NCBI RefSeq assembly: GCF_027921745.1
Contig: NC_079239.1
Span: 744,001 to 808,000, forward strand
Reading direction: 5' to 3'
Length of the DNA stretch: 64,000 bases
Source: Schizosaccharomyces osmophilus
Lineage: Eukaryota
Positions 47,107-60,900 of the stretch are shown here, in pieces (the stretch's first letter is position 1; each line of letters starts with the position of its first letter). The translations under genes and the position numbers were made by a program. The notes beneath the pieces are model-generated. The model was given only the letters and a program-made list of their open reading frames with translations, did not search any database and was not told the DNA's origin.

Positions 47107-48468
47107 ATGCCATCTCTTGCGTTACCAATAAATAAACCTTCTCACCATAACGCGCCTAGTGCTGGAAACTCTTTTGCCAGTCCACAGGCTACTCCCTTCG
47201 GGTATAGCCCCCAATCTTTTGGCAACAGCTTCTCTGGACATGCTTGGCTGCGAGACGCGATTCCCTCTGTCACCTCCTACCCCGAGCAACATCGCCCTTC
47301 CGATGACTTCTCCACCATGTATCCCAACCGTCTCGAGGAGGCCTTTTGTCGCAACTTCAATTGCTGCGGAAAAAATCTCGATGATCTCCATCAACTCATT
47401 CATCATTACGAAGAGCAACATGCCGTTCTTCCCTCCGATGTAAATCTATCCTCCTCTCTTGATAATAGTAACTCGGCCAGTGTTGCGAACCATTTAAATC
47501 GCAACAATATCCAAGCTCTCAAACAGCGAGAGCGCATTCGTATGCACGATTTGGCCGATCAGATGGATTCATCTCCCCTTTATGACAATTCTGCTGTTAT
47601 GCCATTTGCTTTCCCCGCAAATGAAGGTACAAATGGTCCTTACCGCGTCTCCGTCGTTGTGCCTGCAGCTGCCGCAGCTGCCGCAACTGCTGCCAACCCG
47701 GACCTCGCTGAAGAGACCTCCATGCAAAACGAGCCTGTCTCTACCCCTACTTTTCTTCCCGAGTCCATGGTTATGGATGATGCTAGTTCTCCCCTCAGTG
47801 ATATGAGCTTTAACATGGATATTGGCAGCGGTAATCGCTACAACATGTTTGGTGTGAACCAAAAAAATGATCCTGAATCAGCTTTTCTCCCCCCTTTCCA
47901 CTATGGACACGATGTCTTCTCTTTTCATCCCGATACCCGTCCTGACACCCCAAATACCGTCCATTCCGAACCTTTTCCCGATAATGTTATGTCTCCCACT
48001 CCACCGGAGGTTGTTGCACCTGCTGCTACAAACACGGCTCCTAGCTCCCCCTTCATAAAAAATTCAAGTAAGGACTTTGAATGGCCAGTGCCGTTGAAAA
48101 AACAGCGCTCAATTTCTCCAGAGTCTTCCGAATCTCCTATGACCATAGATTCTCCTGGCTCAAGTTTGGTTGTCGTCGATAAGCCTTATAAATGCCCTGT
48201 TCCCAATTGTGACAAAGCTTATAAAAATCAAAATGGTTTAAAGTACCACAAACTCCATGGCCATTGTTCCCCCATTACCACGCCGACTCCGACGCCAGTT
48301 CCTCATCAGGGTTTTGTTGTGGAAAATAAACCTTATAGATGTGATACTTGCAATAAGCGCTACAAAAATTTGAATGGCTTAAAGTACCATCGTGCTCATA
48401 GCCATTTGCAAGTTTCTATGGCTCAAGCCCAACGCGAGGTCCAAATGAGTTTTATGCGCGACGCATAA
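47107..48468 (+). CDS. sfp1: Split zinc-finger transcription factor Sfp1 (ribosome biogenesis)
   Basis: FCRNFNCCG..LHQLIHHYEEQH N-terminal finger; KPYKCPVPNCDKAYKNQNGLKYHKLHGHC and KPYRCDTCNKRYKNLNGLKYH. Confidence 0.95.
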   Translation: MPSLALPINKPSHHNAPSAGNSFASPQATPFGYSPQSFGNSFSGHAWLRDAIPSVTSYPEQHRPSDDFSTMYPNRLEEAFCRNFNCCGKNLDDLHQLIHHYEEQHAVLPSDVNLSSSLDNSNSASVANHLNRNNIQALKQRERIRMHDLADQMDSSPLYDNSAVMPFAFPANEGTNGPYRVSVVVPAAAAAAATAANPDLAEETSMQNEPVSTPTFLPESMVMDDASSPLSDMSFNMDIGSGNRYNMFGVNQKNDPESAFLPPFHYGHDVFSFHPDTRPDTPNTVHSEPFPDNVMSPTPPEVVAPAATNTAPSSPFIKNSSKDFEWPVPLKKQRSISPESSESPMTIDSPGSSLVVVDKPYKCPVPNCDKAYKNQNGLKYHKLHGHCSPITTPTPTPVPHQGFVVENKPYRCDTCNKRYKNLNGLKYHRAHSHLQVSMAQAQREVQMSFMRDA

Positions 48469-49107
48469 CTCTTACCATGCATATGCTATTTATCTTTCAC
48501 TATATTTACGAGGTATTTAATATTTAATTTGCACCATCTGATTTGTTCAATTCAGTTTTATATACCGAACATTCTTTTATGATTTAGATATGGCCATAAC
48601 GCGTTGGTATTCAATTTTGGTAAATGTAAACTGCCAATCTTTGTCTTATTTAATCATTACTGTTAAGATTGTCATACCCCTATGGTTTTTGAGGTTTTAT
48701 AATTTGTTTTCGTTGCTTTTGTTTGATTTTAATAATTTTAATAATTTTAATTTAGTTTTCGGTTTTTCCTGGGCTTAAAATAATTCTTAGAGCTTGGTTG
48801 TGCTTTAGGAGTTTATGTTAATGAATAGAAGGTTTTTTGATTTAAACTGGCTTTCCCAAACTTAAATTCGTACAAACGAATGAAACCATCCCATGCTGAA
48901 TGGGAAGTACTGCAGTTACTATACTGTTTTCTATACCTATAGAGCTGAGAACTGCTTTCCATATATATATATATACACATGCATCCAATCACTTTTCTTC
49001 ATATATTGAACTAAATTACCAAAGTAAAAATCACAGCCATATTATATCGGTTCACCCTAATGTACATGCAACCAACCTTTTTTTTTGATTTCTTCAAAAG
49101 TAAAGTT

Positions 49108-51051
49108 CTAACCCTCCGCCTCTTCTATACTGTTGCTCTTATGCTTAGGAGTAAAGTTGAATCTGGAGGGTGTAGGTCCCAAAAATCTTTCACTGAGTTT
49201 AAGCCAGTCGTTGACATTCGTGCTAGCGAGCATGCCTTCCATTTCATCTCTGGCATTGTAAAGAGGAGGCCGTTGGTTAAGTCTCGGTCTCGCAACTTCA
49301 AATAATGCTATAGGGGTATAGCGATGAAAAAAACTCATAAATTCCAAAAAGAACCTCCTCGTCGTATTGATACCTTGTGCATCCGAACCCCAATACTGTA
49401 GCCCATTATTACAATATTCCTGTAAAATTTCTAGACGTTGAGTTGATGACTTGTCAATGTATTGACGAGCATCAATCTCTTCAAAAATCCAAGGTTTTAC
49501 GAGTGCACCACGGGCAATCATGGTTGTGTCAACACCCGTATCCATTCCCTCATACCAATCCTCCCAGCTGTAGCAATCACCATTTCCGATAAAAGCCAGT
49601 GGTTGTGTACGAAGACTTCCTTCGGGTAAATCTTCGATTCCTTCGTTCAGCTTGCGAATGTTAGAAGCACAATCCTTCACGTATTCCCAGTTTGCTAATT
49701 TGGAATATCTCTGCTGGCGAGATCGTCCATGCAGTACAGCAGCAGAAGTGTTCGTTTCTTGATGAATACGACTCAAAAGTTTATTCACAACGGGATGATC
49801 CTCCCGATTTCCCGTACGAAGCTTTACAGTTGTAGGAATGGTACCGGAAATAGCATCGATACCCTGTAAATTTCGGATGAGACGACTAGGACTCTCCAGC
49901 AAAGAGGATCCTGCTCCTTGACGAAAGACGAGGTCAATGGGGCAACCGCAATTCAAATCCAAAAAATCTGCTCCATCACAGTTCTCAGCAATAACCTGGG
50001 CTGTTTTTACACCTTGCCAAAGTTTTGAGCAGGCTAACTGAATACCTAAAATTCCCTTTCTTCCACTAGGCATAATTTCCCGCTCAGTATTGATACCACG
50101 AACAAGAGCCCATTCTGGCTGATGACCTTGCATCAAAGGCTGACACATCGCCATCTCAGTATAAAAGGTATCAGCACCCAAAGATCCGCAAAGCCGACGA
50201 AAAGGAGGATTACCAACTGTGGTTAATGGGGCAAGAATCTTTCTACCTTTCCAGTCAATTCTTCTTTTCTCTTGAGGTCGCAATGTTGGTAAAAGAACGT
50301 CGGAACGAGATTGTTTGTGGATTCCGTCCGTAGTCACCTTATGATTTCCTTCCCCTTCATCTTGTTTTTGCGGTGTTTCCGTGGCTTGAGATTCGGGTCC
50401 ATCTTCCTTAACTGCCTTGGGATCGTTATTATCAGCAAGCGTCTGATCTTGATTTTGATCTCTTGTACCGTTAACCTCTTGTTTTGGGGATTCTTGGATA
50501 TTTTGGTCATTTGATTTCGGTTTTTCTTCTCCAAGTACAATAGAAATCATTCTTTCGGCTTTACTCAAATCCAATTGCTTTGTTCGAAGTTTCTTCTGAA
50601 CGTTTTTGTCGACAGCATTCAACATAGTAAGTCCGAATTTACTGTCTGGCTTTTCAACCAGCTCATGCTTTCCATCTTCGTTAAGTTTTACATGACCCGA
50701 TAACCATCGACACTTGTATCCAGCGGGGCAAATGCCATAAGTTTCAAAATTAACGCATTTTTCACCCAAATCAGGTTCCTTTTGAGAGAGATATACTTCT
50801 ACATCGTGACCAAATTTACAGTTGCTTTGGAATGGGCACTCCTTTCCTACAGAAATCGCAGGGCACAACGCGTTCTCCTCACGTACAGAAACTTTGCTCC
50901 TCTTTTTGTTTTGTCCGCGCTCTTTAGGCTTGCGCTTTCTCTCCGCTTGCTCTGGTTTAGCAAGGAATCTAATTTGGGTTAGCAATTAAATTTAGCATTC
51001 TTTCACATACTCTTCGCGAATAGGAGCAACTCCAGAGTGTGGATCCGACAT
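49108..51051 (-). CDS. dus3: tRNA dihydrouridine synthase Dus3; intron 50969-51010
   Basis: CCCH fingers, LAPLTTVGNPPFRR, DLNCGCPID, LHGRSRQQRY, ARGALVKPWIF, PKHKSNS. Confidence 0.95.
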
Positions 51052-51574
51052 GTTTCAAGCAGATCAAAAGGCAATGCTCCCCCTGTTGGAAATGGCTTTA
51101 TTGCTAAAAATAAAAGTTTAGACCATACTGCTGAGATTCTGTGTCAAATAGCGTGCTGTCAAAGGATTCACAAAAACAAAGGAAAACACTACAGCGAGAG
51201 ATCGTTAAATTGTAAACAATTCTTTTAAGGCATGGGTTGGTTTTCCAGAAACATAATTAAGGCAGACATGAGACGTTGAGTTTGATCTTAAGCTTTTTCA
51301 TAAACTTGGTTTCAGCCGAATTGGCAAAAGTGAAAAAGGCACTTGAGTTTTCTTAGGCTTTTAAAGTTGAGGTTGAACCTTGAACGATAGTCAAACACTA
51401 TTCAGCTGGAAAAAACAAAGATTAAGGCAGGTTTTATGAAGTTTACGAGAAAGTGAAGAATTGAATCGCTTTTTACCCCTTTGGAGTGGATTAGACATAC
51501 CTTCGAGTTCGTTCAACCGAGAGCTCATCATTCACCAAGCGCCTTTTGAGTACACATTTTATTGTTGCGTCAAT

Positions 51575-52685
51575 ATGAGTTTAAGACTACCAGGGCTTGC
51601 AGACATGCATGTTCATCTTCGCGATGGCGAAATGATGAAGCATGTGGTTCCTACTGTTAATCAAGGAGGTGTTTCTGTAGCTTACGTTATGGTATGTAGA
51701 CTAAAAGTTCTTTGAAGCATGATCAATGGAGTTGATTTGAAAAATTACAATTGAAAATGCTAATTAAGAGTAATAGCCGAACCTTGTTCCTCCTATTACA
51801 ACAGTAGACGCTTGCTTGAAGTATAAAGCTGAAATCGAACTGTTGGACCGTAAAACAAAATACTTGATGTCCTTATACCTTTCTCCAGAAATAACACCGA
51901 AAGTCATTCACGACGCCAGTAAACGAGGAGTTCGCGGCGTCAAGTCGTACCCCAAAGGCGCCACTACCAATTCTGACAGCGGTGTAGAAAGCTATGAACC
52001 TTTCTATGCTACATTTGAAGCCATGGAAGAAACTGGTATGGTTTTGAATATCCATGGAGAAGTCCCTGCTTCAACCAGTGATGATGTATTTAGTGCTGAG
52101 CCAAGATTTTTGCCTACCTTACTAGACTTGCACAAACGATTTCCCAATTTGAAGATTGTTCTGGAGCATTGCAGTACAGAAGAAGCTATTGAAGCTGTAT
52201 TAAATTGTGGTCCGAGTGTTGCTGGTACCATCACCGCGCATCACATGTACATAACTCATAAGGATTGGGAAAATGATCCTCATTGTTTCTGCAAGCCAGT
52301 AGCGAAAACCGAAAAGGATCGTTTGGCTTTGATTAAAGCAGCTACAAGCAGAAACCCGAAGTTTTTCTTTGGATCAGACTCAGCTCCTCATCCCCAATCC
52401 TCGAAACAGAAGACGCCTCCCGCCGCTGGAGTTTTCTCTCAGGCTTTTGAAGCATCTTATTTAGCCGATATATTTGACAAGGAAGGATGCTTACATGCTT
52501 TACAAGATTTCGCTTGCAAATTTGGTAGAGACTTTTATGATGTTCCCATTGAAGAATCAGCCCCCTCGCTAATCTTGGAAAATAATCCTTTTACAATTCC
52601 ACCATTAATCAATGACTGCCTAGTTCCTTTCCGTCCTCGAGAGAATTCAAATTGGCAATGTCGATGGGAGGAAGGCACTTTATAA
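51575..52685 (+). CDS. ura2: Dihydroorotase; intron 51692-51776
   Basis: DMHVHLR, VMPNL after splicing, KSYP.G.TTNS, LEH, FCKP, GSDSAPH. Confidence 0.95.
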
Positions 52686-53362
52686 TCGACAAATACTTAA
52701 TTGAGTGCCTTTTTGTGACTTTTGTTGGCTTCGTGTAGCTCAATACTTTTAATGGCAATACAAACTTTATTTGTTTATTGGTTTACTGGAAATGCAGTTA
52801 GCTACTTTTCAAACAAATGCATATGATCTAACTACCCCATCTAAATCCAAGCCTTTCATTCACAAAAGCAATGTAAAGTCTACTGATAAGTCTTATAAAT
52901 TTTTATACAAAACCTTAACCGGTGGAGATTTTAAAGATAAAAACAAAGGCATAGATGATTAACTTGTACGCATTGCCAAAAACAAAAGGTGTTTCTGAAT
53001 CTACTTGTGATCTAATGCATTACTAAGAAAACATGAACAACAACTGTCTGATCACTAAGAAAGGCAATTTTATTCTTTATAAGCTTTTAGTCTTTTCAAA
53101 ACAATTAATTCCTTCAGGAAGCTACTGTTCATGGAACCAATGTTACAATCAACTTTTGTTCTTAATAGGAATTTCGTCGAGGAAAAAAAGAATATAGAAA
53201 AGTAAACCTTCATTATGTAAATTATATATTATTGTAATTTTTTCTATAAATTTCACTATATTACATTACTGCTAAACTACTTACCAGATTTGGTGTACAG
53301 GGGCAAGCAACGGCGACTAGTTGTCCTTTACCATCTCAACACGAACTACACGAAAGTAAAAG

Positions 53363-54866
53363 ATGTCGGAAACTAGATTGTTTATAGGGCGTATTCCCCC
53401 TCAAGGTAATATAATACAATAGGTAGACCAGAATTAACGATTTTTCTAGCTGTTCGTGAGGACGTGGAGGACTTCTTCAAAGGCTATGGCCAAATCCTTG
53501 ACTGCAAAGTTATGAATGGTTTTGGATTCGTTGAGCTTGAAGATGCTCGTGATGCTCGGGATATAGTGAATGACTTTCAAGGAAAAGAGTTTATGGGCAG
53601 TCAAATAGTTGTAGAACCTGCTCGTGGTGAAAGAAAAAGAAGAGAAAATTTCCGTGAAACTGCTGCTGCTAAGTAAGTTTTTTAAATATTTAAGAAAAAA
53701 TTACAATGGGTTTGGTTAAATCTCGCGCAAGTTGTCGTTGAGCCTTTTGTATTTTTGAAAAGATTGCACCGACTCTTGGTTTGTCCATACAATCCAGCTT
53801 TATGACTTCTTTTCCAAAATCCTGTGTTATTATACTGGATTAGCAATTTCTAACATCTTTAGATACCCTCGTCCACGTCGCACTGGCTATCGTTTAATTG
53901 TTGAAAACTTATCTGAAGAAGTTAGCTGGCAGGTAAAGATATCAGCGAATGATTAACGAGTAAGTTATTAACTTCATATGTTTAGGACTTGAAAGATGTA
54001 ATGAGACAAGCCGGTGAACCAACATTTACTGATGCTCATCGTCAAAATCTTGGTTTTGGGTATGTTAAACATCTAAAAAAACCTTGATGTGATAAGTTAC
54101 TAACAATTGATAGTGTCGTTGAATTCTCGACTGAAGATGATATGAGAAATGCTCTCACAAACCTCAATGGTGAAGAAATTAAGGGTACCGCAATTGCTTT
54201 GCGTGAAGATCCTGTATGTATTAATTCGTTTTTTTTTTTGAAATATACTAACTAAATGAAAAGAATGCTCCCAATGAACCTCTTCCCGAAGGCCCAGGTT
54301 TCCGCTCTAGGTCTCCACCTCCTCGTCGTCGTTTCCCTATGGACAACCGTAGAGGAGGATTTGCTCGTCGTGATACCTATCGCCCTGTCAGAGATGATAC
54401 CTATCGCCCTGTCAGAGATGATGATCATCGCCCTGCCAGAGATGATGATCGTCGCTATATCCCCAGAGGTGGCGCTCGTGACAGTTTTCGTCGTGGAGGA
54501 CGTGATGATTTTAGAGGACGTGATGACTTCAGAGGACGCGATGATTTCAGACGCGGCCCTCGCCGTGACGATTACCGCAGACCCAGAGCCGATGAATATC
54601 GTCCTCGTCGTGATGATTCCTACCGTCCTCGTCGTGATGATTATCCTGCCCGTGATGAAGAATATGGTCGTGATGCTTATGAACGTAGTCCTTCTCCCCG
54701 CCGTGAACGTAGCCGTTCTCCCAGATACGCGGACGAGTACAGTTCATACCCACCTGCACCCGCTTCTGAAATGCAGCAATCTAATGACGCTCCAAGCTAT
54801 CCTGGGGAACCTGCTAACTCCGTCCCTGCTGAAGCTGGCGAAGGTCAAGTTGCTGCTGAATGGTAA
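53363..54866 (+). CDS. srp2: SR-family protein Srp2; introns 53406-53449, 53673-53862, 53933-53985, 54060-54113, 54214-54263
   Basis: RRM1 (RLFIGRIP, GFGFVE), pseudo-RRM2 with SWQDLKD, RD/RS-rich tail. Confidence 0.93.
54371..54442 (+). repeat. 24-nt coding tandem repeat x3 (DTYRPVRD) in the srp2 RD-rich domain
   Basis: TGATACCTATCGCCCTGTCAGAGA twice exactly, plus a third diverged copy. Confidence 0.85.
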
Positions 54867-56051
54867 ATTTAGAAAATTGGTTTTATTTTAAAGTCATATA
54901 TGATACACTATTAGTATTCCTACTTGTTGTTCTGATATCCTTATTTTGAGCTTGAATTAATCTTCTCTTGCGGTTGGAACATCGGATGTTTCACTCGAAA
55001 TAATCGTGGATTTTATCGTAATATTTCATTCGTGTAGTACCTTTATACCATCTCTTTTGTATTGGAATATTCAATTCTGGTCACTCATTTATGCTGAACG
55101 TTCTTTTTACTTCTCTACTTCATACATTTTGTTATAAATTCTAATTATCTAGTGTATGTTGCATGTTGTGTGTCTTTTCGTTCTTTCTTTCTATTGAATT
55201 GATAATAAATTTTGGAATAATTTAATACATTCGGACGATTGAATTCTTGGATGAAAATCAATAGAAATCGCAATAGCATTCTTACAACCTATTTTTTTCA
55301 AGGAAACTTGTTACCTTTTGTACATATCACCACCTTAATTGACTACTACCGCCAGCATATTTGTTATTATTGTTCTTATGTAACGTAGAATATCATATAT
55401 GATTGAAAGACGTAAGTCTAAGACAAGAAAGTTATAATTTGCGCAGAGCTTTTTATAGTAATTTAAATCCTAGAATACATCCCTTTCGACGTCTATAAAG
55501 ACTCACAAACATTTTTCGAATAGCACATACTGTAGATACGAAAGGAGACTCAATAAGCATCATTGTAAATTAAGGCTAATCAGTTTTGTTTCGGAATAAT
55601 GATAGCATATGAGACTCGCATTTTCTAAATGAAACTGCTGCTAAATGCAAAAAGAAAGTACGTGTGCATACTTGTAACCGTATATGTGGGTTGGGTTACA
55701 TATAAAATTGAAATGCTCGAAAAAAGAAAAGAAGAAAGAATGAAAAAGATGGTTAAAGGCGAGGTTTAACGAAGCATATAATAAAAATTGGAAAGCACGA
55801 AAGGGAAAAATGCAAAAGATAAAAGGAAAACAAACGAAAACAGGAGGTAGAAAAAAAACTAACCACAATGTAAAAAGAACTAAAATAAATAGGCTCGATG
55901 ATGCAAAGTGTGAAGAATAAGGAGACGGAATATGAAGCACATATCAAGGGAGAAGGGTCGATGATGACGAAGCTTCAAAGTTTAAACGACTAAGAACATA
56001 TTGTAGAGCCACTTATGTAATAAAAATAGGATTAAGATGCGAGAACGATAA

Positions 56052-57020
56052 TTAAGCAATGATACAGCATTTTGTAGAGCTTTTATCCGTTTCCAAATCC
56101 CGTACCGTCAAGGCAGCTCGAGTAGCAGCTTCGAAAACATCATCTACACCATCACCTGTCAAAGAAGAGCATTCCATATACTTTCTTGCGCCGATTCTCT
56201 GTGCAACAATTTCAGCTTGCTGTGGTTTAACAAAATTTTGGTTTCGCCGTCGCATTTCTTCAACTGCGGCTGGATCAGTTCTCAAATCCGCCTTCATACC
56301 GACGAGAATGAAGGGTATATTAGGGCACAGTGTATTAACCTCTTCAATCCACTGTATGTATGTTAGAAATAAGTAACTAATAGATATTGCAATAGTAAAG
56401 GTAGTTACCTTTGTAGAAACGTTTTCCAAGGAATCCGGAGAATCAATAGCAAAACCTATAAGAATAATGTGTGCTTTGGCATAAGACATTGGGCGTAAGC
56501 GCTTAGAGAGTTAGCTCCTTGTTACAAAAGTAAATAAAAAAAATTTTTTAAATTTACAAGCTGTACGTACTTCGTATTCTTCTTGACCACTGATTCTTTG
56601 TTAGCAACAGAAAGAGTTATTAAATAACTTACGCTGTATCCCATAACGCTAACTGAACGGACTTTCCATCTACCTGAAAGAAAAGTTAATAAATGTAAAA
56701 GACAACAGTTACGTACTCTACAGTCCGAAACATAATTCTCAAACACGGTAGGAACCTGAAATTCGTGTTAATGAAGAAAGTAGGAGAATAACCATACATA
56801 TTCCTAAAGGTTAATCATTAGTAAACCGGACAGAAAAATATCAATGAAATAGTAATGACAAAGGCAACACTTACCGTAGGAAAATAACCTAAAGTGAATA
56901 CTGACAGCAGAGACGTTTTTCCACATGCGCCGTCACCAACAACAACTAATTTTCTGAAATCAGTTAGTAATTGAATCTCCCTTTTATTACTCACCTCCGA
57001 ATAGACTGAGACTGGAGCAT
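56052..57020 (-). CDS. rho2: Rho GTPase Rho2; 8 exons (56995-57020, 56875-56953, 56798-56803, 56717-56755, 56633-56673, 56571-56589, 56409-56501, 56052-56351)
   Basis: Spliced translation gives GDGACGKT, FPTEYVPTVFENY, LWDTAGQEEYERLRP, C-terminal CCIIA; every junction is GT-AG with a branch point. Confidence 0.93.
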
Positions 57021-57968
57021 GAGACGAGTTATCTGATATGCAAAAGAAAGATGGAAAACGAATGTAAATGAATCTAGCTCAACTCCGGGCAAGTCCGACA
57101 CAGCACAACCAATCGCGTTGTAGTCTGTCGTATGTATATATCACTGTAATTCTTAGAAACAATTTAAAAAGTCAATCCCAAGGTATTGTTCTTTTCTAAG
57201 TACGTGTCAAAATTAAAACAACGAGCGCAGTAAGGACTAATTCAAAAATTAGATATTATCTATACGTTTAACCGAGCAGGAACAATTCACTCTACCTACC
57301 TTGCAGAGAATTTGAGGTGAAGCTAGAATACGCTTAGGATTGGTTTCGTAGGTCATCAACTATGGAAGAAGAAAGACACATTACGAACAGTGATTTTTAA
57401 TGAAGCACACATTACTACGCACTCCCTGCTTAAAGCATTTTACGCCATACATTATCCTCTCCTAAAACCTTTACCGTACAATACAGACTACGGTATATAA
57501 TTTTTGGGAGCAACCCGTTCAATCATAGGCGAAAGGCAGGTTGTATTCGTTACGTTTCCGTAAAACAAATTCAACCACTTTGGCATTGAGCAATATCCTC
57601 ACTTTTCGCTTTCGCTAGCATTGAATCTGAAAGGATTCGAGCAGTCCTGTTTTGGAGAAAGAGAACGGTTTTTATAGCGCCGGAAAAAAGTACGAAGAGT
57701 CGGTATTTGAACGGGGGCGATTTTGAGGTAGTACTGGGAAGTGTTGGAAAACCAGGAATTTCTCTTTAACTATCATCTAGATCGACACATGAGTGGGCCC
57801 TCTTTGTTACAAGAATAATTTGGACCTTTCCCTGAAATTTGAAGAGTGAAATCTGTACGCTCTTCCTTTAGTGTATCCACGAAGGTTAATAGTATTACAC
57901 TAAGTTTAGTTGTTTGAGGATTTCTACAAAGAAGGAGAGCGAACAAAAAATCCATCCGTTTTTGTGCC

Positions 57969-60900
57969 ATGGGTAGTCGAGAGCTGTGTATTGAGGCACT
58001 GAATGCAGGGATACAGCCTCCAAGCTTTAAGGATCTCCTACTTCCTGTATCAAACCCGGCAGCAAATGCGAAAAAACGAAACAAGAAGAAGAAGAGGCAA
58101 AAAGCGAAGAAGCAAGCAGAGGTTTCCGCCGGCGCCCCTGGCATGTCTGAAGATGAAGGGCTGAGCAAAATCGAGCAGCTTTCTATGCATCCAGCCTTAG
58201 ACAAGTTGATGGCCGAAAAGGATAAAGAGTATATGGAATATAGGAGAAACATCGAAAGTAATTTTACGGCTTCCCCTAACGGGTCTTCGCAATATTATCC
58301 ATCGCTTGATGACATGAATGCAATTTCTTCAACAGACTGGCAATTTACATTGGAATCGAATGCTGCCGCTGAACCTTCTGATGAATGCATAATCTCTTCT
58401 TCTCATATTGTTGATGAAGCAGAATTTCCCATCCATTTTCCAACTTTGGAGGAAGCTGCTTCGTCTTCCAACATGTCGGCAAACTCTGTACAAAATAACA
58501 TGTCATCCTTTCCTCCGATAGAACCTATATTGCCTCTCCCTACATCTACATCTTCAAAGAAGAAAAAGAAGAAGAAGAAGAAATCAAAAAATGCGAATCC
58601 GGTCACAATTGAACCCATCGATTCACAGACAGATGCGCAGGATGATTTCCCGAGTCAAGATCAATCTTGCTATGATAATGCAGATCAGCATGGATTTTCA
58701 TCTTTTCCAAATACTGATTTTGGCAAACCTAAAGACAAGATCTGGGCAGCCTCCAATACCGAAGAGCGTGAACAGATTCGTGAATTCTGGTTGTCTCTCA
58801 GCGAAGTTGAAAGGCGATCGCTTGTAAAAGTAGAGAAGGAAGCTGTTTTGCAAAAAATGAAAGAGCAACAAAAATATTCTTGTTCTTGCTCTGTATGCGG
58901 TAGAAAACGCCTTGCAATTGAGGAAGAACTGGAAGTATTATACGATGCTTACTATGAGGAGTTGGAGCAATATGCAAATATTCAACGTAATCGTGCTTTG
59001 ATGCAACATTCTAATGCACTTGATGAGATTACCGCTCCCATTACTTCTCCACCCCATGTTGAAATAAATGAAATAGTTGACAAAGAAGAGTCAGAAAAAG
59101 ATATTGGTTTCCAGACAGAGTCGGAAACCCCTGAGGGAAGTATAGGGGAAGACGTTTTTCACCAAAATGATGTCTCTGTCGAAGATGGTGAAGAGCTCTC
59201 TGTTGACAAAAAGGTTTCTGCTTTTACTGAGCAATTTGATTCAATAGACGTTGATGCAAATCAAGTGGAAAATCTTCCTTATACCCCTATGGATCCTTCT
59301 CGACATCACGAAAAAAATAGTTATCATGCAGATCTGTATAATTTCGGAAGCAGTCTTACTGTTAAGGGTGGTATTTTGACGGTTGCTGACGATTTGTTGA
59401 AAAACGATGGCAAAAAGTTCATTGAAATGATGGAGCAATTAGCTGAACGTCGCATGCAACGGGAGGATAATAGTACCTTTCATGAACCGGAAATGTATGA
59501 CAGTGGTATAGAGTACGATGAAAACGAAGACGAAGAGGATGAAGATATTGAGGAAGAAGATGAAGATGAGCTTGATTTGATGACCGACGAACAAAGGATG
59601 GAAGAAGGAAGGAGGATGTTTCAAATTTTTGCCGCTAGACTCTTTGAGCAGAGAGTGTTACAAGCTTATCGGGAAAAGGTTGCGCAACAACGGCAGGCAA
59701 AACTTCTTGAAGAAATCGAAGAGGAAAATCGACGGAAACAAGAACGAGAGCTCAGGAAGTTAAAGGAAAAGGAGAGAAAGAGGGATAAAAAGAAACAGCA
59801 GAGACTTGCCAAAGAAGAAGAACGGCAGAAACGTGAAGCTGAACGATTGGCTGAGGAGACTGCACAGAAAGCATCTGAAGCCAAAAAGGCTGAAGAATCT
59901 CGCAAACGAAAAGAAGAACAGCGTTTGAAGAAGGAAGAAAAAAAGCGACTGCAGGATTTGGAGCGTCAAAGAAAAGAGGAGAGACGGAGAATGGAAGCAG
60001 AAGAACGACAGAAACAAAAAGAGCAGGAGAAAAAATTAAAGAAGCAGCAAGAAGAGGAACGGCAAAACGCGCTCTTGGAACAGCAGTTGCGTTTACAAGA
60101 AATAAAGGAACAAAAGCTTCGTCAAAAAGAGCTTGAAGAGGAAGAGAAACGGCGAAACAAAGAAGAGCAGGAGAATCTATCGCTTGCACGTACGAAGGAG
60201 GTGGAAGAGGCAGAACAAAGATTACGTGAAGCCAAAATAGCTGCCTTTTTCGCACCGTCAAAAGAAGATGCTATCAGCGTTGCTTCTCATCCTCCCTCCC
60301 TTCCTCAGGGTTTACCGAATGCTTATTTGCAAAAAGAGCCACACCTTTCCCCTTCTGGTGCTTCATCTACTACGCCAAACTTACATTCGATACAATCAAG
60401 AGAAGTGAATACTCTTCCATTTGGAACACCTCAACCTAAGCCGATATATCAGAATCCTGTTTTGCTTCCCGAAAGGCTGACACCTTCACCAAGCTTCGTA
60501 TCCTCTTCTTCTTTTTCTTCTCCACTTAATATACCTAATAGTTCTCTTTGTATAGATAATAATGGAAGATCGAGGCAATTTAGTACCGGTACCCCGAATT
60601 TGCTGAATCCCAATCGGAATTCTAATGGTCTATACTCTCCCGTCTCTCTTTTAAATAATCACGGTTCTTTTGGTTTGAGTCCCGGCACTCGCAACTCGCT
60701 AGGCCAAACGGCTTCTGTGCATTATCCTCGATTTTCAAACTGTATATCCCCTTTAAGTAGGAAGCTTTCTAGTAGCAATACTCCGCCATTATTATCAAGG
60801 TTGAATTTGGTTTCAAATGCTCAACAAAACCCATCAGAATTGAACGGTATGGCAGGAAATCACGCATCTAACATGGATATGGCTACGTCGAAAGAAACAT

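Noticed and set aside
54256..54891. 211-aa alternative frame over the srp2 tail
   Set aside because: Its start lies in the last intron, and it is a by-product of the repetitive RD-coding sequence
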